A stretch of DNA of 64,000 nt from Neocallimastix sp. 'constans' (Eukaryota), in NCBI GenBank assembly GCA_050613775.1, contig JBODTK010000102.1:62001-126000 (forward strand), written 5' to 3'. The first letter of the stretch is position 1, and the number at the start of each line of letters is the position of its first letter. The notes below the pieces were generated by a model. It was not told the DNA's origin. It saw only the letters and a program-made list of their open reading frames with translations, and made no database searches. Of this stretch, positions 48,667-63,990 are shown in pieces. The translations under genes were made by a program, and so were the position numbers.

Positions 48667-51600
48667 AAAATGAAGAAAATAATAATTGATTTATTTAAAA
48701 TATTTAGAAAATTAATTAAATAATTTATAATAATTATATAGTTAAAAATTAAAAAGTAATGATATATGAATATTTCAGTTTTTAAATTTTATATAATTAT
48801 TAATTTTAATTAAATTATTTTACTTAAGGTTAAAATTAAATAAAATAAGAAATAAGAAATATTTGAAATTAAGAATTAAGAATTAATATTTTTATTTCTT
48901 TATAATTTTACTTTGTATATTAATTAATACTTATTTTATTTTTATAATTTTATAAATATATTTAATATAAATATATTTGGAATATTATTATAAATTAAAT
49001 TATATACTATAAATTATATTATTTTCTTTAATTTATTACTTTTTATATTTTTATTGTAACTTCTTTTTAAGTTTAAAAATATATTTAGGGTTATATTTAG
49101 TATAAAAATAATTAATTAAAAAAATGTAAAGCTAATTAATTTATTCAATATGATCTATTATTTATTAATTTAAATCTATTATTTGAAATTCTTTTATTTT
49201 TTTTTAATTTAATTAATAATTTTTATTATTATTATTTTTTAAATTTTAAATTAAAAATAAAAATATATATATAAATCAAATTAAAAGTTTTTATATCTAA
49301 TAAAAAAAAGATTAAATAAATATAAAATGTTAAATTTAAAAAAGCTATATCTAAAAATAAAACTATGAAATTTATATTTAAAAATATAAATTTATTACAA
49401 TACTAAAAAATTCAAATTTTATTAAGTAAAATAAAATTTTTAGATAATCTTTAACAAATATACATATTAAAATTAACAATTTTATCAATTTAAGGAGAAA
49501 TGTTATATTTAATGAAACTTGTACAAAATATATAGCTAATAATATTAATAATCCATATATTAAATATCCTACAAATATCATAAAAATATAAAATATAAAT
49601 TTTTTTTTTTAAAAAAGATAAAAATAATTTTTATATTAACAAATTAAAAGTCAGATTCTCAATTTCAGTAGATTGAAAAAGAAATAAAAGTTAGAATCAA
49701 GGTAATAAGATAAATTTCATTATAAAAATCTAAAAAAAATTTTTTTATTATATTACTATAAAATTTTTATATTATTAATTAATATATTATTATCAAGTCT
49801 GTTTAAAATCATTAATAATTAATGATTTTAATAAAGTATAATAATTAGTCATCATTTTATTATTATTTACTATAGAATGAATAATAATTAATTGATTTAG
49901 AAAATAATTTTATAAAATGTTTAATAATAATTTTTATTACGAAGATAAATATTTCAAAAAATATATAATTATATATTAAATTTATTTCATATTTTTATAT
50001 CTTAGTTACTTTATTTATTTTACTTAGAGATTAATTATTGGTTGATATAAATTAATAATATAAATAAATATTTGTAACAATTTTGACTCTAACAAAAATA
50101 ATATTTAGGATCCTATAAATAATTAAATTTATTTATATATTAATATTAAAATAAATTAAAAATATTAAATAATTATTATTAATATATCAATAATTATTAA
50201 TGATTATAAATAACAACGAAAAACATGAATTAAAGAATAATATATATCTATTAAAAAAAAAAAAGGATAATATTAAATTCTTATTGAAGTAGATAAATCT
50301 TTAAATAATAAATAATAATAATATATCAGGTTATATTTTAAAATAAAGTAAATGAAAAATAAGAATTTGAATTAACTATAATTATGTACTTTATTAATTC
50401 ATAATAGTATATTTATATGTATATTATCAAATTAAATGAATTTAATATTTTCATTTTAGTTATTCTTTTTCGTATTCTTCTATTTTCTATTTCAATTTTA
50501 TTGTAATCAATTAATAAAAATTTAAAAAATATATTATGTATTAATTAGTAAATCATAAATTTAAACAATATATAATAAGTAATAAATAATTAATAATAAA
50601 TAATTAAAAACATTGATCAATTATAATTTATAATTAACAAATAAATAATAATATAATTAAGTATAATTAATGAAAAATAATAAATAATAAATATTATATT
50701 ATGAACCATATTTGTTTATTAATAATAGAAATTAATTATTAATAATAAATATTAAATAATATATTTATAATTAATCATAATGAATAATTGAGAATTCAAA
50801 TTAAATAGTTGTATTAAATAATAAAAATTTTAGATTATAAGTATTTATTAATTATTAATAATAAATAATAATAATTGTTAACTAAATTGATGTAAAGTTA
50901 TTATATTTATATTATATTAGTTATAAAAAATTAACACTAATTGAGCTTAAATCAAAATAAGTTTAAGTTATTTAAAATTTTTTTTATTTCTTTTTTTTTT
51001 TTTTTTTTTTTAATATAAATAAAGATCTAATAATTAAATATCTTAATTATTGATTATACTTTTATTAATTTCTGAATTGAATTAATAAGCTATTAAATAA
51101 TTTTTTTTTAATTAATTATAAATATAATATTAATTATACATTAAATTAAAATAAAAATGATATCATCAGGATATAAAAATTAAATAAATTAAACTATTAA
51201 CTGATGATATCATTATAAATTTGAAATAAAAAATACTATTATTATATAAAAAAAAATATGAAAAAATGTAATTCATATAAGATTGAAAAAGATAAGTATA
51301 ATTTATAATTCATACAGGTTTTAAAAAAGATTAGTGTCATTTATATCTTATATATTTTATTAATAAATATAATTTATTTATCCTATATAATTAATTTTAT
51401 TATAATAAAAAAAATTACTATTAATAGTGGCAATTAACAAAGTTAAAAAATAAAAAAATAAACAAATTAAATATTACGTTAAATATAATAATAAAATTAT
51501 AGTATAGCTTAAGTTTAATAAAATATCATATCAATCAATAATTAATATCTAAGAAATTAAATAATTTTAACTAAGATATAAAAACATGAAATAAAATTTA

Positions 51601-51859
51601 TGTAAAAATTATCTTTTTGAAATATATATCTTTATAATAAAAATATTCTTATTAAATATTTTTTAATATTACTCATAAACAAAAAAAGTACTTTATGTTT
51701 TCCTAGTTTAGTTTTTTTTTCTTAGTATTATAAGTTTTAGTTTTTCTTAAATCTCTGTTAATCATTTATATATATTTAATAAATAAATAATAATATATAT
51801 TAATTAATAATCAATTTTTTATTAATTAAGTGTCACAGTTGAAAATAACTGACAGCCTT

Positions 51860-52260
51860 TAATGTTTCGTTTACTAGTTTTCCAATTTCAAAATGTGGAA
51901 AAAGTTCCTTATTAACATTTTGAAAGCTAAGAACTTTCTTACTTCTTCACTTTCAATATTTTTAATTAAGCCGATAAAAATAATGAAAATTTTGAAGAAA
52001 TTGATAAAAAAAATTTGAAAGTCTTTGCTTATTAAGACTTTGGATGAATGAATTTATAAAGATATTGAGGATTTGGAATATGCATATGATATTATCAAGA
52101 AATTGAAAGAGACAAACCAATATGTAGATGAACTTATTGTTGAAAAATTAGTCAAACTACTATATGGAAGTTTTACAATGTTTATCTAATATGAGTGAAA
52201 ATGATAAAATTCAATATATGTTTAAAGCATTACCAAAATAATTACAAATTGCTATCCTGT
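51860..52260 (+). mobile_element. Copia-type gag relic of a different family
   Basis: SNFKMWKKFLINILKAKN..KSLLIKTLDE..EDLEYAYDIIKKLKE..KALP resembles a copia gag N-terminus. Confidence 0.6.
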
Positions 52261-52269
52261 CAGCATTTG

Positions 52270-52495
52270 TATTAAAAATATAAAATAATAAGTTTTATAA
52301 TTATATTAATTTAAGTAGTAATGCTATATATATTAATATATTCATGTGAAATAATAATAAGCCACATATTATGTTAACTATAAATATCATAAAAATGTAC
52401 AATATTATTTTTCATAGACTATTATAATATTTTCATATAATAAAAGATATTCTTATTTCTAAAAGATTAAGTGTCTCAATCTTACCAGATTGACC
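52270..52495 (+). mobile_element. LTR (~52270-52464) plus PBS
   Basis: Homologous to the 39300 and 40107 LTRs; ends TTTCTAAAA, followed by gattaagtgtctcaatcttaccagattga. Confidence 0.75.
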
Positions 52496-53069
52496 AAAAA
52501 CAAGTAAGTTAAGTATTCAATATAATAAGATTATTTCCTATTATAATACTTAATGTAATAAAAATAGTAAAAAATTAGTAAAGTCAAACAAAAATAAAAT
52601 TAAAATGTTAATTTTTAATATAACAAATTATATTAATAGATAAATCAAGAACCAACAGAATTAAATATTATCAAAGTTTAATAAATGGTCTATATCTTAC
52701 CAATCAAAATTAATAATACTTTTTTTTCTAAATCAATTTATCAATATGAATATTACTAAATAAAGTTTTATAAATATAGCAAAACGAATAAATTTCAATC
52801 TATAAATTGTATAATTAATTATATTACCAAACTTTAATTAATAATATCTAAATAAATTCATTAACGAAATAAATTCAATGTATAATAATCAAATGCATCA
52901 AAACCATCACTATCATGACAATTATTAAATCATAATAATTCAAACAGTCTAATATATGTTAAAACCTCACAAAAATCTAAATTTAAACTATTTTTTAAAG
53001 ATTTGCAAAAATTTTAAAAATGGACAGGTAAATGTAGAAAAATAAATTAAAAAGTTACTAAAATTCGGA

Positions 53070-53580
53070 ATAATAAGATATAGAAAATTTTCTACCATAA
53101 TTTATGTTAACATTCATATTATATCTTTTTTTTTAGCAAATAATTTGACTATATTTAAATTATTGGAATCTACAGCAAGAATTATTAAACCTACTTTATA
53201 TGAATTAAACCAATAAATATTTAAAATATTACCTTTTAAATTATTTAATTGTAATTTAAATATATCAATATTATTTACATCAATAGCTTTTACTATTGTA
53301 AAAATTATAGCTTTAAAAAATCCTTAATAATTATTTCCAAATTTTTTTATTAATGGAAAATTTACAAATTTGCAAATATTATATTCCATTGTATATTCCA
53401 ATGAAAATTCATAGATATTATTAACGCTTTTATCTATTTCTAAATTATTTTTTAATAAAAAATTAGCTAAATCATTTGCATCATTTTTCAATTTCTTATT
53501 CAATACAATAACTAAATGATTTTCATAAATATTAAACAGATTAACATTAATATGTAAGAATGAAGAATTAATTAACAATT
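53070..53580 (-). pseudogene. Possible ankyrin-repeat protein relic
   Basis: Fragments IVKAIDVNNIDIFKL, IILAVDSNNLNIVKLF and DLANFLLKNNLEID resemble ankyrin helices. Support is weak. Confidence 0.35.
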
Positions 53581-56101
53581 ATCAATAATTAAAAAAAAAA
53601 AACAAAGTAGTTATATTGAAATTTTATTTCCAAAAATGAAATTAATGAGCTATTATACATTTTGATAATTAATATAATATATAATGTGATTAATATAAAT
53701 TTTAAATAAATAGAAAAATTATTATTAATATAGGATTTAATATTAAATTATAAAATTTAAAAAAATTTTAATTTAATTTTTATTTTTTGAAATTTAAAAA
53801 TTTTTTAAAGCGAAAAGTAATAATTTACCCATAATATATTACAAATAATATATCAAATTAATTAAGAATACATTATTTAGTACATTCTTATAACAATTGG
53901 TATAGTTCATAAATATTAAGGAATAAAATAACAAATAAATACAAAATTAAAAATTACCATATAAAATAATTTCTTTTTTAAATTTATACTTATATATATA
54001 TAAAATTATAAAAGAAAACTATATAATTATTTTAGACATATAGATATGGTATATAATTTTATAATGATTTAATTTTATTTCTATTTAGATATAACTTTTT
54101 ATTTATTAATATATTTTTAGTAATAGAATAAAAAAAACATATTTGCTTACAAAGCTTTTATACATGAATAATATTTATTAAAATAATTTATTGGTTAATA
54201 AAAATTAAAGTATAATAAATATATTTTAAAACTCCTCCTCAAATGTAAATTTGATTCAATGTTACATATATTTAATTTTAATTTTTAGAATTAAAGTCTT
54301 AAGTTTTCAATTTTATATAATTAAGGATTTCAAAATATTTCCATAAGAGTGTAGTTTAGATATTTTGTAAATCCATCGGCTAATTTATTTTTTGATTGAA
54401 TATACTCTAATTTTATAAATTTTAATTATTATCTTTCTAATGAATTCTTATATCTATATTATTTATATTCGAATTAATTGATTGAATTTTGCTGTTGAAG
54501 ATGGCAACTATGTTATCTATACTTATTTTAATATATTTAATATTATAATATAATAATTTCATTACGTTTAAATACTAAATACAGTGTTTACCACATTCAC
54601 TTAAACTATAGTACTTCGAATCTCCAGTAGATGTTGAATAGCAATGTTTCAATTTGGAACACCAGCTAGTGGGTGCGTTGTTCATGGTTACTAAAAAACT
54701 TGTCATTGTGTTTCTGGTCTCAATATCTCCTGCAAAGTCGGCACCAATAAAAGCTTGTTTTCCTAGTTTTCTTGTATTATTTATTTCGTTATTCATTGTG
54801 CCTTTTAGGTATCTAAGTATTCTTACGACATTGTTCTGGTCTTCCATATTGGGATAATTTTATTTTCTTGATGCTTTACTTACCGAAAATATAATATCCG
54901 GTATAATGAATATAGATATGTAAAGTAAATTTCCTATAGTAATTCAGTAAATGGTTTTATTAAAATTTATATTTTTTAATTTATTTTTTATTATTAATTT
55001 TTTATTTCTTAATAGCTTTTCATTGTTTATTTTAATTTTTTTCTATAATCTCTTTAAAATATCTTCGTTGAGGTATAAAATATTCTATTTTGTGCTTAAT
55101 AACGAAATCCACATCTCAAATTTCTTTTATTTTATATTTTCTCATTAAGCTTTCCTTTATATATTTCATTTTCTTTTCCAGGGATTAAAATATCACCATA
55201 TAAATACTGACAATGCACAAAATGTTTTTATTCTTTCAATTTTATATATATATGGTTCACTTACAATTCTTCTAAGTCTTTATTAAAAATTTATAAATTT
55301 CCTTGTTTCATTCTCGTATACTTTGTTTCAAACCATATATAGCTTTGTTCAATTTTCAGTAGTATTTATTAAAATCTAAATGAACTTCTGGTGGTTTCAT
55401 ATATATATTCTCCCTTAATTTGGCATTAAGGTAAGGGAGAATATATATATTAAAATTTATTCTATATTAAAATTATTTTGAGAAGCTATTAGGGTCAGAA
55501 TTCTGATTGAGCCATCTTTTAATATTGGAGTAAAAGTATCATGAAAATATATTCCAAATTTTTGAGTAAAACTTTAATCCAGCAATCTTGCGCTTCTTTT
55601 TGTTATCTCGACAATTGTATTTCTTTTGTATTTAAAAATCCATCGTGAAGTAATTAAATTGACATTTTCTGGTATATATTAAATTGTATTAAATATATTT
55701 AAGTTTTTCATATTACTTAATTCTTCATTTATTGTATTAATCAATTCTTTACTATTAGTATAAATTTTTATATTTTAGTAATTTTTGGTTCTTTTAAGTA
55801 TTTATGGTTTTTATTCTATTGTTGTTATTGTAAAAAACTAATGTTCCTAGTATTATTTTTGTTATTGTAATTAATTTTATTAAATTATTATTAGTCAATA
55901 AAGTATTTATAATTTCATTTTCATTATATAGAATATAATTTTTATTGATAATTAGTAGTCATCTACTCTTTTATTTTCAATATTACTATTATTGATTATT
56001 TTATTTACTATATTATTATTTATTTAATTATTGGTTCTTTTTCTATTCTGATTATTATTATTATTATTAATATTACTATTATTATTGCTTATTATTGATA
56101 T

Positions 56102-56388
56102 TGTTAATAAACACACAATTAAGAGACACACAATATTAAGATAATATTATAATTATGTTTAAGTAAAGATGTTTTATATTCTTTATTATATATTAATATT
56201 TATTATTATAAATATATATAATTAAGTATGTATGATCGTATATATATATTAAGGTTTTTTATTGTTAAAGAGATAAAAAAAAATTAGGATTATTATTTAA
56301 GCACGTTTTATAGTATTTCGAGTATTTTGTATTTGTAAAATATTGGATAATCATAGATTAAATTTTATATTAAAATATATTTTTAACA
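56102..56388. repeat. Solo LTR (287 bp) with canonical TG...CA ends
   Basis: TGTTAA...TTAACA termini and a perfect TSD GATAT (56097-56101, 56389-56393). Confidence 0.85.
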
Positions 56389-57949
56389 GATATTATTAAA
56401 AAATAAAACTAAAATACACTCAATTTAAAAACACTATAAAATATCTTTTTTTTTAATAATCATTTTATAATAACTTTATATTAAAGATTGTAATAATATA
56501 AAATTATTATTTCCTAATAAATAAGAAGTTCTTTTAATTTATTGAATAAAAACATTTCGGTTTTATATATTCGGTTAACTTAATAAAATCAATTTCATTG
56601 GTTATTCAATTAATGGATAATTTTAATTATTTATAATATACCAATTATTTTTAGCAGACAAAATTATTATTATTTATATTATTATTATTGATATTATTAT
56701 TACTACTTATTTTATTATTATTTATATAATTATTATTTTATTATTGTTGTTGCTATTACTATTGTTGCCATTATTTTTGATTTTATTATTAATGATATTA
56801 TTAATATTATATTAGTCATCATTATTGGTATTTACATTGTTATTGTTAATATTATTGTTACTGAAATTATTATTTCTTTGTTTATTGTTATATTTCTTTT
56901 TATTCTTAGAATTATTTTTAATAAATATATCTTCGTATATTTTGTGTATTATATAATTTTAATGAAATAATAAAAATTTTTATTGAATTAAAAAATACAT
57001 TATAGATGGGACAGAATATTTTATTTAATTTTTGTTGAATTTTATGATAAATATCATTAGTATTATAGTATGTGTTATCTCCTTTTATTTCGTTATCTAC
57101 AATGAAATTTGAAATTTCAGTGAGTATTCTTTAAGGTAACTGTTTCCAGGATTGGATTCGAAAAAAGCGACTGATCCAGATAGGATTATTTTATTATTAG
57201 TAATATCTAATATTTTATAGGCTGATGGATTTTCAGATTATCAAAAGAATATCTCTGGTTTAGTATAGTTATCGAATTTAGATCTAAAAACTTAAAGGAT
57301 AAAAAAATAAATTTTGTATCGAAATACTTAAATATTTGAATAGGTGACCTTTGTTTTATTAATTATTTCATAAGTGATTTTCAGATTTATTCCTTTGTTT
57401 GAAATACCACTATATATATAATTAGCCGTAGATGTAGCATCTTCCCAAAATTGGTGACTAAGTATAGAATCATTCAACATGACTTTGTCTGAATTTATTA
57501 AAGTACCATTGAATCATTCCATCATTCCATTTTGTTATAAATTATATGATTTAGTTAGTTGATGTTTAATATGGTAAGATTTGAATAATAAACTTTAATT
57601 ATTATTACAAAACTCTGTACCATTATCAGTTCGAATATGTTTAATTTTAATATTATACTTATTTTTATTACATATGAATCAACTTTAAAATAAATTAAAT
57701 GTATAACTTTTGAAATTTAAAAGCATAATTTATCCATAACATGAATAGTCATAAAGGAAAGTAAATAATTTTTGTTGCAATAAAGCTATTCAGGAAGAGG
57801 ACCAACCAAGTCTATAAGAAGTAATTCAAATTTATGTTTATATTTATTTATTACTAATTTATATGGTTTGTTTTTATTTTCGAATTCGTACAAATTAGGC
57901 ATTGATTAATTGAGGTATTTTGTTTTTGTATCGAAACTTATAATCAATA

Positions 57950-60480
57950 AATTAGTGACCATGGTTATATACTAAGACCGTAGAATTGGACTCTCTTGGT
58001 TTGACTCACACTTCTTCAAAATTTTACAAAAATTTTATATTAAAAAATTATTTGGTAATTCTTTCTATGTATTTCTTAGTAAAAAATCACTGGAATTTAA
58101 TAGATAAAATCTTTATCAATTAAATTCAGAACAATCTGGATTTTTTTATTATTTTATATATTTTTTCAATAAGATTCATTTTAAATCAAAATATCTAAGT
58201 TTCTAGAACTTTTATAATCTTTTATAAACGAAACTGTTTATATTTAAAAAGTACAAATAAGTGCAAATTTTCAATAACAAAAATATTTTAATTCTTATTT
58301 TTATTAATTAATTAATTAAATATTCAATATGTAATTCGAAAAATTACAATAACTGAATAATAATTAACATTTTTATTATTAAATAAAATTAATAAGACAC
58401 ATTTCTAATAAAGCAAATTTCAAATTATTTATAATGTTTTCAAATTTATTGTGTAGAAAATAACTAAAACAATTTGTTCCTTCAATTTATTACAATGGAA
58501 GTGCTCTTTTAGAAAAAAATAACCAAAACAAAAAAAATAATAATTATAACAGAAGTAATAATAGTAGGAAACCAAATCACAAAAAGAAATTTACTAACCC
58601 TAAATTCCATTGTCCCTTATCAAACGAAGAAAGAGAAAGAAAAAGAAGAGAAAATCTTTTTTATATTGTGATTCAGCGATCATTCTCTGGATAGAGTTTA
58701 GTAGACAAATTTTATTTCAATAAAAGATAAATGAAATTCTTTAATGATATTTTAAATTTATTTTAAATAAAATAAGTTAATTAAATTTATTTAATTTAAG
58801 TATATTTGACATTGTTAACATTTTTTAAGTAAATATTTATCGAGTTTAAAAGAATTAATAAATTATCAAATAAAATATCAAACACACCAAAAGCCTCTTT
58901 CAGTACCACCAATTAAACCATGAAGAATGATGATTCCAAGGATAATAAGAAGACTGAGACATCTCTGCTCAATTTTTTGATAAAAATGATTGAAACCATG
59001 ACCTCCACAGTAGAGGCCATAATCAGTCATATTACTAAGGTCAATACGCTTCTAACTTCCTTCGAAAAGAGGTTCAATTCCTTTGGTAAAGTCGTACAGG
59101 ATAATTTAATGAAGATACTTCAAGAATGAATAAAGTGAAAAAACAAAGCCTGAAGAGTATTGAGGATGCCAATGAAAGGATGGTTACTAATATTAATGAT
59201 CAACGTAAAGGTAGCCAGGCTCCAAAGTCTCCAAGAGATTCTAACTACGAAGTAGTTATGAGACATATCACCAATCCTCAGCCTTACCATTCTTCTAATT
59301 CCATGAAGAAACCATAGAAGTAAAACTTTATTGATAGTTGCATGAGTTACTTTTATTAATATTCTATTAGATACCTTTAAGATGAACAAGAAAATATATA
59401 CCACATTACTGACCGCCTGTAAGGAAGCACCGCTCTGTGATACTAATATACCCAGAAAGAGACCCAGGAAAGACGTGCAGATATTGCTATATCTTTGGAA
59501 GATACGAAAACTGACTTTCATTTGAAAGAAGACAAGGAACTAATGAAATCTAATCTCCTCAATCTGAAAAATGAATAGAGTAAAGTATACGATATCTTGG
59601 TTAATTCAGACGACTTACCAAAGCAATCGGTTGTACCGAAGAACAGAGAAAAGGTATCTAAAATTGTCAGGTTTGATCATCGATCGAAATAAAATTTATG
59701 AACCTAGAGTCTAACAACCCTATTAAGATCACTCTAACTGGTATAACTCTTTTCCTGATCGGTTGTGACATTGACCAGAAAAGTTACTAAAATCAGAAGT
59801 TAGAAAAAAGGGACGGTCTCCAGGACTACTGAGCTCTAGTTGCTGAATTGTTAGATATTTACAGTACGGAATATAGAATTTTCGATCACTAGAAACAGAA
59901 AGAAGAAAAAGATAAGAAAGATTCTAGAAAAAAGAAACACAAACAGTACATTCCTTTGAGAGTAGGCATAGACTCACAAGCTTGACACCTGGTCCTTATT
60001 CAACGGAAGAAAAGTGGAGAACTCCGCCTATATATTGACTACTGAAAATTATATCAAAAAGTTTACCTAGATGATATTATTATTTATTTAAAAAATTTTG
60101 AAGTACATGTTAAGCAGGCACAAACTGTCCTACATCTATTCATAGATAACTAGCTTGTAGCTAAAATTTTCAAGTGTGAATTTTGCGAGCAAGAAGTTAC
60201 ATTCCTTGTCCACATTGTTAGCAGTGAAAATATCAAACTGATCCTAACAAGCTTGAAGCCATTACATCCTGGCCAACTCCTACCAACATAGGGGAAGTTA
60301 AATCGTTCATCTGATTCTGTAACTACTACTGTCGTTTTATTTAGGACTTCTCTAAAATAGTCAGGTTTATTCATCATCTTACTAACAAAGATATTGAATT
60401 TTAATGAACAACAACTGCCAGACTGCCTTTCTAAAGTTAAAGAAACTTTTTGTTTCTTCTGGATCCAAACCAGGACAAAC
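57950..60480 (+). mobile_element. Ty3/gypsy relics (gag and RT) nested in the old copia element
   Basis: PLSNEERERKRRENL..YC (gag knuckle region, ~58613), and YLDDIIIY..KCEFCEQEVTFL.HIVS..DPNKLEAITSWPTPT..FCNYYCRFI at 60064-60345. Confidence 0.8.
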
Positions 60481-61289
60481 TTTTCATTTATGTTAATATC
60501 ATCAGTTGAAAATATTATTTTCATCTTGACGATGTTTTTTATTTTAGTTTTAATATTATCAGTTGACAATTTAATTTTCATTTTTTAGTTTTATATAAAT
60601 ATCTTCAGTTGTCATTTTAATTTTCATCTTGATGATATTAATTTTAATGTAATTTTAGTATCAAACTATAATTTTATTTATAATTGATTAAGAAAAAAAA
60701 TCTTTATTTCTTACGGATTCAATTAAGTAATAAATAAAAATATAATCAATAATAAAAATAATTATAAATTAACACTTTTATTTTATTAATAATAAAAATA
60801 ATAAAAATATAATTTATATTATAACTTAACTTTATTTTAATTCAACTCATTAGTGGATTGATACTCTTAATCTTTTAGACACATTCATATTTTATATAAT
60901 TCTATAAAGATATAAATTTATTTTAATATAAATATTATTTTTTATTTATTAATATATTTTTAAGTATAGAATAAAGAAAACATATTCACTTATAAAGCTT
61001 TTATACATAAATAATATTTAATAACTTTATAAATATAAATATAAAATAAAACCAATATAATTAAAACATTAATTTATTTTATAAAATTTATTATTTCTTA
61101 TTTTATGTAATTATAATTAATATTTATAATTCAAGCCAAATTCTAATTATATTATAAAGTCATTAGATTTAAATTTAAAACTGTAACTTATATTTGAATA
61201 ATAAAAACTATCTTATATTAATATATTAATGTAGGCTTGAATATTTCATTTTATATCATTTGTTCTCACAATAAGATACAACTATACAA

Positions 61290-61640
61290 TAATTGTATTA
61301 AACTTGATAATACTTTTAAGGTGTACTGGTGGTTCTAAATATGTTTGTGTATTAGGATCCATTAATTGAACTGTATTGAATTTCTTTTCTAACTAACTGA
61401 TAAAGATCCAAATTATATCTTGAGAAATTCCTTACATAGACTAAATTCTCTACTTTTATATCATTTTTTTATTAAAACTTTCTTCCCCTTCTTACTTAGT
61501 TTCCTAATATTTATTATTTTTATTGATGACCTTACAATCTTATATTACCCATTTATGGTGCTCCATAAATTTCATAATTAGTTTTTCTTCTTGAGTTTCT
61601 TGTATATAGGAAGTAGGTGGAGTTGTGGATAGCTGGAAAT
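61290..61640 (-). mobile_element. Gypsy integrase C-terminal relic
   Basis: DIKVENLVYVRNFSR..NTVQLMDP..PPVHLKSIIKF resembles the post-core region of gypsy integrases. Confidence 0.5.
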
Positions 61641-61739
61641 GGTTTAAGGTCTTTTCTACTAGTATATTTAATTCATAAATGGAATATTCGATTACGGGAA
61701 CTATTGAATGTTACGGGAACTATTGATGTCGTCACAAAA

Positions 61740-62540
61740 TGCAATAACAATTAATGATAAAAATCATGGTATCAAATTACGGTAAAAGGAATATGTATCT
61801 TAGAATTTTGTCCAATGTTTTAAAATGTATGTGATTACTACAAATGGTCTAATGAAAATTCAAAGAGTAGGTGTCAAGAATATCACCTCATCTGTAAAAA
61901 AAAATTTATAGGTAATCAAGAACTTCCTATGTTAGAGGATATGAAAGAAATATTGCTTAAGACTTATAAAATGAAAAAAAAAATTAAAAGATATTATCAA
62001 TTAATTATAATCAATGAAAATAAGTAAAAAATGAAAATATCAAAGAATTCAATAGGAAAAATACTGAATTATATAATAAGATTGATGACAAGTTCAAATT
62101 GAGATTATTCAGAAGTGACTATTTAGATGCCATAATTAATAAAGTTTTGGTGTAGCGCATTATACGGTCTGAAGCTAAAGACAGAAATATTACTATAACT
62201 GAAGTTATAGATGCTGCCGAATTCTATGATAAATTGGAAATTGAGTTAAGAATTAAAACACAAAACAATACAAGCGGTTCTTTGAAAAATAAAATTAATA
62301 AAATTTCTAATTTTTTAAAAATCCTAAATTTAATAATAATAGTAATGTAAACAATTCCATTAGTAATAATTATATTAATTATAATAATAATAATAATAAT
62401 TATGATTAAAATAATAATTTAATCAAGTCTAATTTTAACAATAAACATAAAGTTTCATATTGTATTTTGTAATGAAAAAGGTTATTCAATTTCGGACTGT
62501 CTGGGATTTGAACAATTTAAATATTTTATAAGTGTAAAAT
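61740..62540 (+). mobile_element. Retrotransposon gag relic
   Basis: ITEVIDAAEFYDKLEIEL, an Asn-rich linker, and a decayed zinc knuckle (C..C..KGYSISDC) near 62460-62500. Confidence 0.5.
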
Positions 62541-63060
62541 AGTGAGAGATGTTAAGACACAACAAAAGGAGGAAATAAAATAAATTTTGTTTACACTATT
62601 TATTTGTAAATAATTCGCTTTATTAGTAATAATTTTTATTAATTATAAAATTTAAAATTCTTATTAATATTAATTAAATAGTATAATATTTCGAATTATT
62701 CATATGCTAATTAAATAGTTAATAAATACACCAAGAAAAAATATTCTCATTCGTGAACTTGGCACAATTTATTTTTTTAAAGTAAAAACAGTTTTAAAAT
62801 GTAATAATAATTTTAAATAAATATTTAGAAATATTTTAGTAATAATTTATGATGAAAAACTTGTAGAAAAATAGATTTTAATTGATCAAAATGAATCTTA
62901 TAAATAATAGAATAAAATAATTTTCAAAATAAGAATATCGATATTCATTTCGGTTGAATTACAAAACCGAAAGAATCTTTAACTTTCTATAATTTTTACA
63001 GAAGGAATATTTAATGAAGTTATTATCAAAAATTAATAAAATAATTAATTTTGCAAAATA

Positions 63061-63137
63061 GGTAGGAGTGTGAGTTGAACCCATGAAAAAATGATCATGA
63101 CCAAGGTAACTAACTATTAACCAAGATTCCTACTTTA
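63061..63137 (-). other. Degenerate tRNA-like sequence
   Basis: The minus strand reads GTAGGA...ATGGGTTCAACTCACACTCCTACC, with acceptor-like pairing GTAGGA/TCCTAC about 70 nt apart and a T-loop-like GGTTCAA. D and anticodon arms are not recognisable. Confidence 0.3.
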
Positions 63138-63864
63138 CTAACTTAGGACTTCGTTTCATGGTTTTTGGAGAATTGTTGACTTAGAAGTTATACAAGGTTG
63201 TTAAGATAATAACTGAATTTCAATTCAATTTCAATTTCAATAATTCAGTTATTTGAATTTCAATATTAATAAATAATAATATAATAATTATTACTATATT
63301 AACTTTATTAAAATATTTAGGAAATAGTCTAGGCCAACTAATTGACTAAATATTATTAACATATTGAAATTAATATATATTAAATAATGTAAACACGTGA
63401 TTGTCATATTAAATTAATTTTTATATTAATTTATTATCAAAATCTTTACATATTATATTTTAATTATTAAATATAATATTTAGCTATATTAGATTCTTAT
63501 ATTTTATTTATATTAAATATTTATATTATTATCTTACTTTATATTATCAATATCAAACTTATATTAATATTATTATATATTCATATTAATACTTAATATT
63601 TTAATAATTAGTTATTTTATATAAATACAAGTTTAAATCTTTTGATTAATCCTTTGTAGGATTATTACAATTTAAATTATAGTAATAATTATATAAAATA
63701 ATAATGTAATAAAATATTATTAAAATTAAATAAAATTTATATTTTAAATAAAAACTTAATTATAAAATTTACTAATAACAATATGTTTTAAATAAGAGCA
63801 AAATTAAATTATTAATTAATTACTATAATTTGGCATCTTGACCTAATCGTTAAGACCAAATTAT

Positions 63865-63990
63865 CTAAAAACTTTGGCAAAGGTAAGGAATAGGGACTGT
63901 TGGGTAGATGCGTGGATTGAATTGTTATAGCACAACTCTACTAGAAATAGAAAATCCATCCAGCTTTCATTATTGTAAGTATCAACAAAA
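63865..63990 (-). mobile_element. Gypsy integrase core relic
   Basis: SWMDFLFLVELCYNNSIHASTQQS matches W..LPLAEFAYNNS.H.ST..SPF. Confidence 0.7.

Larger units (their letters stand above)
54030..61030 (-). mobile_element. Old full-span copia element, decayed, with nested insertions
   Basis: Related LTRs at 54030-54231 and 60873-~61030 (both start ttttagaca), PPT at 54232 and PBS tgatactcttaatc at 60859-60872. RNase H relics (ADFAGD, LADGFTK) lie at 54350-54950, RT at 55200-55800 and integrase (IRTDNGTEF, LIDLVGP) at 57140-57900. Confidence 0.8.
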
